A DNA stretch of 64,000 nucleotides from Woeseiaceae bacterium (GCA_024640315.1 JAHEFF010000006.1:10169-74168); one strand, 5' to 3'; positions 18,544 through 27,812 are shown, counted from the stretch's first letter. Notes: generated by a model not told the origin, from the letters alone. Numbers and translations: made by a program.

Positions 18544-19608
18544 ATGAAAATCAAATCGAGTTTTTACGCCATTGTCGCGACCTTGTTTTACGCGATACCC
18601 GTGTCTGCGCACCATTCTTTTGCAACACACTACGACGCCAGCAATATCGTCGAGATCTCCGGCGTTCTCTCGGAAGTCAAAATGCGCAGCCCGCACTCTT
18701 TCTTCGCGGTTGACGTTACCAACGAAAACGGTGAAGTCGAAACCTGGGAAGTCGAAGCGCACGCGGTGCCGCTTCTTAGAAGACTCGGCATCAACCGCGA
18801 TACATTGAAAGTGGGTGACGGCGTCACCATTCGCGGCCCCCGTAGCCGGAAACCGGAGAAGCTCCTTCTGTTCGGCGCACAGATTGATACGGCAAGTGGC
18901 GAGTCATTCGAGATGCTGAATTCAATCCGCCGCGCACCAGAGGAAAAGATTACCGACAAGCGCGAAGGCGTGACTGGCGTCGACCGTCTGACCGGCAAGT
19001 GGTTGACATTCATCACGGGCCAGGTCATCGCCGATTCGCCGATGCCTTTGACGGAGGCTGGCCTCCAGGCAAGGCGCGATTTCGACCTGCGCAAGAACTC
19101 CTCATCCGAGTGCGTTCCGCCCAACCTGCCATCGCTGTTGATGATTCCCTATATCTACGATATTTCGCGCAGCGGCGACATGATCAATATTTTTCATGAG
19201 TATTCAAAAGTCCGTCGCGCGGTGATTTTAGATGCCAAAGTCAGCAATATCACGGACCCGATGTACGGTGGCCGCACCGGTCGCTACGAAAACGACACAT
19301 TGATCATCGAATCAACCGGGTTTCCCGCCATGCCGGCAGGCCTGGCGTCCGGCTGGGACCCAAACGGCAATGGCGCGGACATTCCATCCAGCCCGCAAAA
19401 GAAACTGGTCGAGCAATATACGGTCAACGAGGATGGCTCGCAGATGACGATTCGTTACACAGTTTCGGACCCTGTGTACCTGACGGAGCCGTATACCGCC
19501 GAAATCCCGTTTTACCGCATGAAGGATGATGAGCCGATACAAGACTTCACCTGTGACGCCGAAATTGCATCACGATCGACGAGCAATGCCGTTGTGCCAA
19601 AGAACTAA
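18544..19608 (+). CDS. secreted protein: DUF6152-like N-terminal domain fused to a ~220-aa domain of unknown function
   Basis: Signal peptide ending VSAHHSFATHYD, then SGVLSEVKMRSPHSFFAVDV (the DUF6152-type start as I remember it). The remainder has no motif I recognise. Confidence 0.6.
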   Translation: MKIKSSFYAIVATLFYAIPVSAHHSFATHYDASNIVEISGVLSEVKMRSPHSFFAVDVTNENGEVETWEVEAHAVPLLRRLGINRDTLKVGDGVTIRGPRSRKPEKLLLFGAQIDTASGESFEMLNSIRRAPEEKITDKREGVTGVDRLTGKWLTFITGQVIADSPMPLTEAGLQARRDFDLRKNSSSECVPPNLPSLLMIPYIYDISRSGDMINIFHEYSKVRRAVILDAKVSNITDPMYGGRTGRYENDTLIIESTGFPAMPAGLASGWDPNGNGADIPSSPQKKLVEQYTVNEDGSQMTIRYTVSDPVYLTEPYTAEIPFYRMKDDEPIQDFTCDAEIASRSTSNAVVPKN

Positions 19609-20106
19609 TCAGATGTAGATGATGATCGTATTCAGCGTTGCATCACAGTTGATGATGTCGACTCGCTTGGATCTGATCTTGTAGCGGTCTCCGTCCCTGA
19701 CAAGTTCGTGCGTGTACTTGCCAGCGTATGGCGTTTGTTTGTCGCGGTAGTACAGGAAACAGTGAAAGTTCGACGTCACCGTGCAATCACCTGACTTCTC
19801 ATCCAGTTCCCGGACCTGAACATTTGAGATAATGTGTGACGCGCGAACATCATAGTCCTTGGACGCTGCAGCCGGGTGTACGAAATTTCGTCGTCTCACC
19901 TCCATAAGCACGCGATCATCATAGAAAAGCGAGATGTGCGTGTGCGGATCTTCCTGGTCAGGAATCGCCGGCATCCAGTAGGTACCATCCTCTGTGTAGA
20001 GATTGATCCAGGCGTCGAGGTCCGGCCGGTCGAGACAAGCGGCTTCCTGGTAGAGTAGCTGCTCTATTTCGCGGATCTTCTCGTTACTTGTAATGACGGC
20101 GGTCAT
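19609..20106 (-). CDS. aromatic-ring-hydroxylating oxygenase, beta subunit
   Basis: 165 aa with NTF2/SnoaL-like fold and a small-subunit pattern (LLYQEAACLD...W..LYTEDGTYWMP...FVHP). 1 nt downstream of the alpha subunit. Confidence 0.85.
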   Translation of the reverse strand: MTAVITSNEKIREIEQLLYQEAACLDRPDLDAWINLYTEDGTYWMPAIPDQEDPHTHISLFYDDRVLMEVRRRNFVHPAAASKDYDVRASHIISNVQVRELDEKSGDCTVTSNFHCFLYYRDKQTPYAGKYTHELVRDGDRYKIRSKRVDIINCDATLNTIIIYI

Positions 20107-20107
20107 C

Positions 20108-21406
20108 TCACGCGGCCTCCGTCATGTACTCTCGCCAGGCACTGAACTGCGTCCTGACGTCGAGGTCACTGGTTCCCTTGCCGACCATCCGGTCTTCCAG
20201 CTTTTCATCCCGGGCAAAATTTCGGTGCATCTCGATCCAGTCGGAAGCCTGCGACTGCAAACCTTCCTGCATGCGGAAATAGGCAGTGAGATCATCCGGG
20301 CCAACCATCGAACCATTGGAATTTATCAATCGCGAATAAAGCAGCGTTCGTTTCAGCATGGAATCCGGCGCGCCCTTTAGCCGGAATGACCAGGTCTCGA
20401 TGATGGTCTTGTTGTAGGCAATGGGTCGCACGACGCGAATGTTCTGCACCGCGGACTTGATCGTCAACGACGGGTAGTAGAGCGTATTGTGCGTGTTAAA
20501 GGAAAGGATCTCCTGCATCCTCTCTTTGCCATAGGCCTTCAACATCGCGGCTTCATACTCAGGATCCAGCGTGTATTTCGCGTGAATACTCGTCTTGCCG
20601 CCATCGTAGTGGTGGCCGAACCTGAAACCGGTGATGCCGGTTTCCTCAAAGGTTTCATACGATGCGCCAAATGGCGGAATGATTTCAGCTTCGTCGCGGC
20701 GCGGCGAGCCTTCCGGCAGTGTCTTTATATAGTCGAGCGCCGATTCGACCACCGAGCGATGCACAATCATCGGGTGCATTGTGTCATTCAGATTCTCGAT
20801 GAACATCTTCCAGTTACACTCGTGCTCATAACGCAAGACACCACCCGCCGCTTCGACTTCCCCTTCCGGCGCCCGATCACACAAGTTGTCCATGACATCG
20901 GCAGCGCCACCCATCCACGTGCGAAGGTCGGGAGGATTCGGATTCATCGTCGCGAATACGAAGCCGCGAAAGCTCTCGGACGTCATTTTCTGCATACTGT
21001 ATTGCGGATCGTCCTTGTCGAAATCAGTACCGTCATAGCCCTGCAAGTGCGGCACGCCCAATAATTTTCCGTCCAGACGATAGCGCCAGCCGTGATAGCA
21101 ACAACGAAAGGCCGGGATCTTGCCACATGGCCGGTCGACCAGTTTCGCTCCTTTGTGACCACAACGGTTGTGCAGAACGTGCACGTCATTGTCGTTGTCC
21201 CGGACCATGACGACCGGTACTTTGCCGTAGTTGAGCGTCATGTAACTGCCCTTCTCGGGCACCTGGCTTTCGTGCCCGATGTAGATCCAGGCATTCGCCC
21301 AGATTCGTTCCATTTCCAGGTCGAAGATCTCGGGGTCGGTATAAAGACTTCGGTGCACCTTCGTCGGCTGCACCATGTCGGCAATTTGCTGTTCCGTGTA
21401 ACTCAT
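20108..21406 (-). CDS. Rieske non-haem-iron aromatic-ring-hydroxylating oxygenase, alpha subunit
   Basis: 432 aa. Rieske motif CGHKG...CCYHGWRY and mononuclear-iron motif NLNDTMHPMIVH. Confidence 0.9.
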   Translation of the reverse strand: MSYTEQQIADMVQPTKVHRSLYTDPEIFDLEMERIWANAWIYIGHESQVPEKGSYMTLNYGKVPVVMVRDNDNDVHVLHNRCGHKGAKLVDRPCGKIPAFRCCYHGWRYRLDGKLLGVPHLQGYDGTDFDKDDPQYSMQKMTSESFRGFVFATMNPNPPDLRTWMGGAADVMDNLCDRAPEGEVEAAGGVLRYEHECNWKMFIENLNDTMHPMIVHRSVVESALDYIKTLPEGSPRRDEAEIIPPFGASYETFEETGITGFRFGHHYDGGKTSIHAKYTLDPEYEAAMLKAYGKERMQEILSFNTHNTLYYPSLTIKSAVQNIRVVRPIAYNKTIIETWSFRLKGAPDSMLKRTLLYSRLINSNGSMVGPDDLTAYFRMQEGLQSQASDWIEMHRNFARDEKLEDRMVGKGTSDLDVRTQFSAWREYMTEAA

Positions 21407-21420
21407 TGCTGGGTCCTCAT

Positions 21421-23811
21421 TTATTTCTGCAGCACTTCACCACGCGCCACTGCGATCGCCAGCGCTTCGCTGGGGTTCGGCGGCTTGGCTGCGCTGCGCA
21501 ATTCAAGCATTTCCTCATTTGCTTTCGCTGCCAGGATCTCCGCCATGAATTTCCCGGACGAGTACTGGGGCGCCCAATACTGATTCGAATATCCATAATG
21601 CGCCGCTGCTTTTAGTACAAAGTGGGGTTCGTTCATGATGGAACGACCCAATGCGACGATGTCGGTTCGACCGGCGGCAACCAGGGTGTTCGCCTGGTCA
21701 GCCGAGGTAATATTGCCAGCGACAATAGTTGGAATGCCGACTTCATTTCTGATCTGGTCGGAAAACGGCGCCTGGAACATGCGCCCATAGATCGGATCCT
21801 CATCCTTGGTAACCTGACCTGTCGACACGTTAATGATGTCGATTCCGGCATTCTTCACCATCGTTGCCACAGCGAGCATGTCGTCCTCAGACAGCCCGCC
21901 ATCGACCCAGTCGGTTGCCGAAATTCGTACCGACATTGGCTTGTCCGCAGGCCATGCCGCGCGCATCGCCGTAACAACGCGAAGCGGAAACTTCATGCGA
22001 CTGTCGATATCGCCGCCAAACTCATCGTCACGTCGATTGGTGCAAGGACTGATGAAGCTCGACAACAGGTAACCATGCGCCAGGTGGACTTCGATCATAT
22101 CGAAGCCTGCCCGCGCGGCGTTTTCTGCCGACTTCACAAAAAGTTCGGTGACGGCGTCCATGTCCTCGCCCGTCATCTCTCGCGGCACAACACTGTGTTT
22201 GAGATAGGGAAGCGGTGATGGCGCAATGATTTCCCAGCCGCCTGCCGGCAGAGGCTCGTCAATGCCACCTTTCCAGGGAACGCAGGTCGCGCCTTTGCGG
22301 CCGGCGTGGCCAATTTGCGCACAAATCTTCGCCTTGCTGTTTTTATGAACAAAATCAACAATATGACGCCATTTTTCGGTCTGCTCAGGGCTCCAGATAC
22401 CGGCGCATCCAGGGGTGATTCGCCCGTCCGGCGCCACACAAATCATTTCGGTATTCAGCAAACCCGCGCCACCGACCGCGCGCGCTCCGTAATGCATAAG
22501 GTGCCATTCTGTCGGCATGCCGTCTTCCGCACAGTACTGCGCCATCGCAGACAACTGGAACCGATTCTCGACCCGCATGTTGCCGATTTTGAACGGCTGG
22601 AACACTGGCACAGTCGGGTTTTCCGTATCGATGTCATGAAAACCCGTCGTTGCCTTGGCGTGACCGGCGAACCACTTATCCATCCTCTCTATGTAGTCCG
22701 GATCCCTGAGCCTGAGGTTTTCATACGTCACGCGTTTCGCCCGACACATCATATTGAACGTGAACTGCTCGGCTTCCTGCGTGCCACCATAACGGTCGAT
22801 GTGTTCGAACCAGCTGAGGGACACCACAGCGGTTCTCTGCAGGCGGTCGGCCTCATCCTTGCGAATGTTCTGATACATTTCGAGTGCTTTTTGCACGTCA
22901 TTGCCACACTGAGCGAAATATCCGGCGAGTGCGATGGCATCTTCCATCGCCAGTTTCGTACCGGAACCGATGCTGAAGTGTGCGCTGCGCACCGCGTCGC
23001 CCATCAGTACGATGTTCTTGTAGAAAAGACGTTCATTGCGGACGACCGGAAACGTGCGCCAAACTGATCGATTCGTAACAATCGGGTAGCCATCGAGATC
23101 GTCTTTGAACAATTCTTCGCAGTAGGCCCTGGTGTCCTCCTCGGTCGCATGTTCCATACCGGCGGCAGCCCAGCTATTTTCACTTGTCTCAACGATCCAT
23201 GTCGTCGTGCCCTCTTCGTAGCGATAGGCATGCGCCCACCACCAGCCATGTTCGTTCTTGCGGAAGATAAACTCGAAATCATCAATTGGCTTGGACGTCG
23301 CAAGCCAACAGAACTTGTTGGCACGCCAGTCCATCGTCGTGCCAAATTCGTCCTGGTACTTCTCACGCAGAATCGACGTAATACCGTCGCCGGCAACGAC
23401 GAGATCGTATTCATCCGTATGCAAATCATCGACATCGGTGATATCTGTGTTGAACCTGATGTTGACGCCGAGTTCGTCACAGCGATCGTGAAAGATATTG
23501 AGCAGCTTCAGCCGGGACATGCCGCAGAAGCCGTGCCCTTGCGAATTCACGGTCTTACCATGAATCTTTGTGTCAATACCGCCCCAGTAAGCGAACTGTT
23601 CGACAATCCGTTTGTAACTTGCGGCGTCGGCTTCCATGAATCCACGCAGTGTCTCATCCGAAAACACCACGCCGAATCCCCAGGTTGAATCGCGGTCCCC
23701 CCGTTCGATAACCGTAATGTCATGCGACGGATTCGCTTTCTTCATCAGGATCGAGAAATAAAGTGATGACGGACCGCCACCGAGACAAAGAATTTTCAAA
23801 CCATCAGCCAT
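21421..23811 (-). CDS. bifunctional FAD aromatic hydroxylase :: Old-Yellow-Enzyme reductase (2-aminobenzoyl-CoA monooxygenase/reductase / salicylyl-CoA 5-hydroxylase type)
   Basis: 796 aa. N-terminal half: ILCLGGGPSSLYF (FAD dinucleotide fold) and GDAVRSAHFSIGSGTKLAMEDA. C-terminal half: OYE/TIM-barrel NADH:flavin oxidoreductase (HLMHYGARAVGGAGL, EVHLAHGYLL, GRS..N/EP). Confidence 0.85.
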   Translation of the reverse strand: MADGLKILCLGGGPSSLYFSILMKKANPSHDITVIERGDRDSTWGFGVVFSDETLRGFMEADAASYKRIVEQFAYWGGIDTKIHGKTVNSQGHGFCGMSRLKLLNIFHDRCDELGVNIRFNTDITDVDDLHTDEYDLVVAGDGITSILREKYQDEFGTTMDWRANKFCWLATSKPIDDFEFIFRKNEHGWWWAHAYRYEEGTTTWIVETSENSWAAAGMEHATEEDTRAYCEELFKDDLDGYPIVTNRSVWRTFPVVRNERLFYKNIVLMGDAVRSAHFSIGSGTKLAMEDAIALAGYFAQCGNDVQKALEMYQNIRKDEADRLQRTAVVSLSWFEHIDRYGGTQEAEQFTFNMMCRAKRVTYENLRLRDPDYIERMDKWFAGHAKATTGFHDIDTENPTVPVFQPFKIGNMRVENRFQLSAMAQYCAEDGMPTEWHLMHYGARAVGGAGLLNTEMICVAPDGRITPGCAGIWSPEQTEKWRHIVDFVHKNSKAKICAQIGHAGRKGATCVPWKGGIDEPLPAGGWEIIAPSPLPYLKHSVVPREMTGEDMDAVTELFVKSAENAARAGFDMIEVHLAHGYLLSSFISPCTNRRDDEFGGDIDSRMKFPLRVVTAMRAAWPADKPMSVRISATDWVDGGLSEDDMLAVATMVKNAGIDIINVSTGQVTKDEDPIYGRMFQAPFSDQIRNEVGIPTIVAGNITSADQANTLVAAGRTDIVALGRSIMNEPHFVLKAAAHYGYSNQYWAPQYSSGKFMAEILAAKANEEMLELRSAAKPPNPSEALAIAVARGEVLQK

Positions 23812-23822
23812 CTACTTCACCG

Positions 23823-24548
23823 CTACAGCGAGAGCGAGCCAAGACTCGCGCCCCCACATACGAAAAGACATTGTCCCGTGACGAAGCCGTTGTCGGGCGC
23901 CGCAAGAAACATAACCGCTCTCGCGACATCGTCAGCACGACCCAGGCGCCTCACTGGCAAACCTCTGGCAATTTGTTCGGCCTTGTCGCTGTCTTCCGGA
24001 ACAACATCCGTAAACATGTCTGTCAAGATAGGCCCGGGGGCGACAGCGTTGACCGTAATGCCGTGCTGGCCAAGCTCCATGGCCCAGGTCCGAACCAATC
24101 CTATTTGCGCAGCCTTGGTCGCCGAGTAGGACGTGCGTGTCTCGAGCCCCAGCATGGCACGTGACCCGATGATGACGATTCGGCCAAAACCGGCACGTTT
24201 CATGGCATCAAGCACACCCTGCGTCAACACTATGCTTGCTGACAGGTGCAGGTTCGTCAGGTACTGCAGGTCCTCAAGCTGCACATCTTCAATGAGGTTT
24301 GGCCGGATCACACCGGCGTTGTGTACGAGCGTCGTAATGTCGTACTGGCCGGCAAGTTCTGCGATGGCTTCCTTTGTCGCCTCAACGTCGGCAAGGTCGA
24401 CCGGATGATCAATCAGTCGCTCATGGCTGCTTTCTGATCCCCGGCGGGAAAGGTTTAGAACGACATACCCATCCTCCAGCAAATGCTGGCAGATGCTCTT
24501 CCCTATCCCGGCGCTAGCGCCGGTTACCAGTGCAATTTTTTCGCTCAT
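23823..24548 (-). CDS. short-chain dehydrogenase/reductase
   Basis: Track ORF trimmed to MSEKIALVTGASAGIGKS, whose ATG overlaps the upstream stop as ATGA. Has NAG and YSATKAA catalytic motifs. Confidence 0.85.
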   Translation of the reverse strand: MSEKIALVTGASAGIGKSICQHLLEDGYVVLNLSRRGSESSHERLIDHPVDLADVEATKEAIAELAGQYDITTLVHNAGVIRPNLIEDVQLEDLQYLTNLHLSASIVLTQGVLDAMKRAGFGRIVIIGSRAMLGLETRTSYSATKAAQIGLVRTWAMELGQHGITVNAVAPGPILTDMFTDVVPEDSDKAEQIARGLPVRRLGRADDVARAVMFLAAPDNGFVTGQCLFVCGGASLGSLSL

Positions 24549-25336
24549 GCAGCACTCCTGTCGACCAGGGCCAGCACGCGCAGCGGGCTTCCGGAACCGT
24601 TTTTTATTTTTAGCGGCGGGCACACAAGAATCGCTCCGGTCGGTGGCAGCTCATCAAGATTGGCCAGGCACTGCAATCCGTATTTGCCGGCACCATGCAA
24701 CAAATAGTGCGCGGGGTACGGTGGCGACAGATGGGTCGCCTGACCAGCATCTGTTCCCACCGTTTCTGTACCGAAGCCAATGATCTTGCGTTCCTCGACG
24801 AGGAGTTTTACCGCATCTCCGGTCGGACCCGGTGTATGCGCGCCATCATCGCGCATGTTCAGGTATTCTGCGCCGGATCGCTTGGACCAGTCGGTGCGCA
24901 TCAGCACCCAACTCCCCTCCGGTATGACACCGTGTGTTTGTTCCCAGGCGACGATGAATTCCGGCGTCAGCAAAAAGTCTTCATCGTCGGCCGATTCCTG
25001 CGAACAATCGATCACACATACAGGGCGGACAAAAGCGTCGGCCGGAATGCTGTCCACGGCGGCATCGGGAAGATCCTTGCCGGAAATCCAGTGAATAGGT
25101 GCATCAAAATGCGTGCCCGTATGTTCGCTACAGGTAAAGTTGCGCCAGTACCACGCAGGACCTCGCTCATCGTAACGAGACACTTCTTCGACACGAAAAC
25201 GGGCGCATTGCCCAAATTCCGGTGGCAACACGATGACCGGAAAGTCCGGGTCCAGCGTGTGCGTCAGGTCGACGGTTACGATGCTGCCGCTCGTTAGTGC
25301 ACCAGCAAGCGCCTGCAGTGCATTCGTTTCATTCAT
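24545..25336 (-). CDS. cyclase-family metal hydrolase (kynurenine formamidase / isatin hydrolase family)
   Basis: 263 aa. The HTGTHFDAPIHW motif (HxGTHxDxPxH) is diagnostic for the putative-cyclase/KynB fold. Confidence 0.85.
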   Translation of the reverse strand: MNETNALQALAGALTSGSIVTVDLTHTLDPDFPVIVLPPEFGQCARFRVEEVSRYDERGPAWYWRNFTCSEHTGTHFDAPIHWISGKDLPDAAVDSIPADAFVRPVCVIDCSQESADDEDFLLTPEFIVAWEQTHGVIPEGSWVLMRTDWSKRSGAEYLNMRDDGAHTPGPTGDAVKLLVEERKIIGFGTETVGTDAGQATHLSPPYPAHYLLHGAGKYGLQCLANLDELPPTGAILVCPPLKIKNGSGSPLRVLALVDRSAA

Positions 25337-25338
25337 AT

Positions 25339-26595
25339 TTACATGCCCTGGTTGATTTGGGTCAGTTCTCTTTCGAGAACAAATGGGTCCTCTTTGTAGC
25401 GCCGCACAACGTCTTCAGCGACCGGGCCGAGCGTTACATTTTCGATGCCCTGGGTCAGCGCATGAATGACCGTGTCGGCAAGCCGTTGCGGTGTCACTTT
25501 GGGTGGCGGCAACGGCTGACGCCACGATTCCTCCAGCGGACCAAACAGCACATTGATCACTTTGACACCGCTGCCCGCAAACTCGCCACGCAGGCACTGG
25601 CTGAGCGAGAGCGCCGCCGCCTGGCTTGCCGAGGTCGTGCCATATACAGGCCAGTTGGAGAGAGAGTAAACCGACAACAGGTTAACCCAGGCGCAAGCGC
25701 TGTTATCACCGTCTGCGCCGCGCGCTTTCATGCCGGGCCCAAATGCCTGAATCAGCCGCATCAACCCAAAGTAGTTTGTCTCCATCTCGTCGCGGGCCAG
25801 GGTGACGCCGTGCCGCTGCATAACGGATCCCGGACGGACGTATTCAGCAGTATTGATAAGGATGTCTGCCTTGTCTCCCATCTCTGCGGCCAGTTCGTTG
25901 ACCGAAATTGTATCGGTGATATCGAGCGGCATAATCTCGACGCCGGGAATCGCTTCAAGTGCCTCGCTGCCCTCGTACGGCCGCCATTTCTCGGCAATGC
26001 CAACGAAGATCCGGGTAGCACCGGCGTCAGCGAGCGCCTTGACCATGCGCTGGCCGAGTTCGGTACGCCCGTCGGTGACGAGCGCACGACGGTACTTGGG
26101 ATTACAGGTCAGCGCTCGCAGTTGTCGATCGTCTGCCATGTTCGGTGTCTCCTTTTCGGGTAGCGCCAGCATGACGCCCTGCCCGGATTTATCGGTTCGG
26201 GCAATCATTCTCACCCGTTCGAATTCGCCCACGTCGCCATGAATGTGCGCCAGCACGGTCGGCCCGGCATCGAGCTGAATGGTGCCAATGCGCCACGGCA
26301 TTCTTTCGCGGAAATAGGAATTGACGCTGGTTCGAAGCGTTGTCTCGGAAATCAGCTTGCCGCCATCAGGGATGTCCCGCCATTCGAGTTCCATCGACCA
26401 GCACTTCGGGCAAACTTCGCGCGCGGGATAAGTAACGTGCTCACATTCGGCACAAACCTGCAGCGCGAATCGCCCTTCCGCTGCCGCCAATGTAAATGCA
26501 ATCGCCTTGCGACTGCGCGCATACGGCGGCAGCGTCGGCGAGTTCGTGCGTTTTTGCGGGTCCTTCTTGGGCGGTCGCTTGAGCGCGTCAGTCAT
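25339..26595 (-). CDS. DUF35 (Zn-ribbon + OB fold) fused to a degenerate SDR-like domain
   Basis: Trimmed to MTDALKR (ATGA overlap with the upstream stop). N-terminal part: CAECEHVTYPAREVCPKC four-Cys ribbon plus OB region. C-terminal part: Rossmann-like ALVTDGRTELG, with VYGTTSASQAAAL where SDRs carry Y-x-x-x-K. Confidence 0.75.
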   Translation of the reverse strand: MTDALKRPPKKDPQKRTNSPTLPPYARSRKAIAFTLAAAEGRFALQVCAECEHVTYPAREVCPKCWSMELEWRDIPDGGKLISETTLRTSVNSYFRERMPWRIGTIQLDAGPTVLAHIHGDVGEFERVRMIARTDKSGQGVMLALPEKETPNMADDRQLRALTCNPKYRRALVTDGRTELGQRMVKALADAGATRIFVGIAEKWRPYEGSEALEAIPGVEIMPLDITDTISVNELAAEMGDKADILINTAEYVRPGSVMQRHGVTLARDEMETNYFGLMRLIQAFGPGMKARGADGDNSACAWVNLLSVYSLSNWPVYGTTSASQAAALSLSQCLRGEFAGSGVKVINVLFGPLEESWRQPLPPPKVTPQRLADTVIHALTQGIENVTLGPVAEDVVRRYKEDPFVLERELTQINQGM

Positions 26596-27812
26596 GTCCG
26601 CCCCAGTATCGCTGCGCCGGAACAAAGCCCGCGATCGAAATTAATAATGCCAAAGCCGGATACCGCGGCGTATTGCGCGTCGGGAACCGCATTCTGCTCT
26701 GCACCGCCGGTTAGCTGCCTGATCGCCTCGACCAGGCCGAGGAAACCTCCGGCTGCGCCTGCCTGGCCAACCGACAACTGACCACCCGAGGTATTGTGCG
26801 GAAACGTGCCATCGTAAGTGAATGTATTGGACTGAATGAATTCGCTGACAGATCCCTTCTCGCAAAAGCCAAGATCCTCCATCTGCATCGCACTGATGAC
26901 CGGGTAATCATCATACGTCTGCAACAGGTCAACATCCCCGGGACTGATGCCGGCCATGCTCCAGAATTCATCCTTGTCCAGCGCCCAGCCACCACGAATC
27001 TGTACCGGATCGTCGGGATATGAGTTGTGTCGCTCCACGGTGGAGAGAATGTGCGCATACGGCAGGTTTTGTGCCCTCGCATCCTCTTCGCGCATAACGA
27101 GGTAAGCTTCCGCGCCAGCACAGGGCATGACGCAGTCGTACAGCACAATCGGGTCAGCTATCAGCCTGGCGCTCATGTATTCGTCCAGCGTCAGCGGCTT
27201 CTTCATCATCGCGTGCGGATATTTCAGCGCATTGTCGCGCTGGGCGACGCACAGCTTGCCAAAGTCTTCCCGCTTGACGCCATAGGCGTCCATGTAGCGG
27301 CTGGTCATCAGCGAGAAACTGCCGTTCGGCCCACCTGAGCCATACGGATACGAAGCATCCTGGGAAAACCGGCTGAAGGTGGTCAGCATCGCTCGAAATG
27401 AGTCAACGTGATTGGTATCGCCCGAGATACAGGCAACGACGCTGGCATCGCCGGACTGCACAGCCCTGGCGGCACGCCGCAAGGTAATCACGCCCGATGC
27501 GCCACCGGTCGGCACGTGATCGAGCCAGCGCGGCGTAAGCCCGAAATGCTGCGTCAAACCTGCGGCGGTATCAGGAAACAAGGTGAACGACGAAACGCAC
27601 AATCCGTCCACATCGTCGGCACCCAGCCCGCTTTGCTTGCCAAGGTCAGATAACACTCTCGCAAGCCACCAGTGGGCAGGCTCAGGCGAATACCGCTCAT
27701 AAGGAACGCTTGCGGGTGCGGTCACCACCACACCCTCATATCCCGAACGATGTTTGACTGAATTTCGCACTACATCCTTTTTCTTTTCTTGAATTCCCTG
27801 AGATCGGCGCAT
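26592..27812 (-). CDS. thiolase-fold protein of the SCP-x/Ltp type lacking the thiolase catalytic residues
   Basis: 406 aa with the typical SCP2-thiolase scaffold (NTSGGQLS.G...G). By-eye alignment shows GGASG in place of the nucleophile CxxG, YDDY in place of HDCF and GQA in place of GHP. The start is uncertain: 27812 overlaps the ligase gene by 43 nt, and GTG 27770 is an alternative. Confidence 0.8.
   Translation of the reverse strand: MRRSQGIQEKKKDVVRNSVKHRSGYEGVVVTAPASVPYERYSPEPAHWWLARVLSDLGKQSGLGADDVDGLCVSSFTLFPDTAAGLTQHFGLTPRWLDHVPTGGASGVITLRRAARAVQSGDASVVACISGDTNHVDSFRAMLTTFSRFSQDASYPYGSGGPNGSFSLMTSRYMDAYGVKREDFGKLCVAQRDNALKYPHAMMKKPLTLDEYMSARLIADPIVLYDCVMPCAGAEAYLVMREEDARAQNLPYAHILSTVERHNSYPDDPVQIRGGWALDKDEFWSMAGISPGDVDLLQTYDDYPVISAMQMEDLGFCEKGSVSEFIQSNTFTYDGTFPHNTSGGQLSVGQAGAAGGFLGLVEAIRQLTGGAEQNAVPDAQYAAVSGFGIINFDRGLCSGAAILGRT

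Noticed and set aside
25297-26163. 288-aa plus-strand ORF
   Set aside because: Antisense to the DUF35::SDR-like gene. That gene has clear Zn-ribbon and Rossmann motifs and ATGA coupling to its neighbours.
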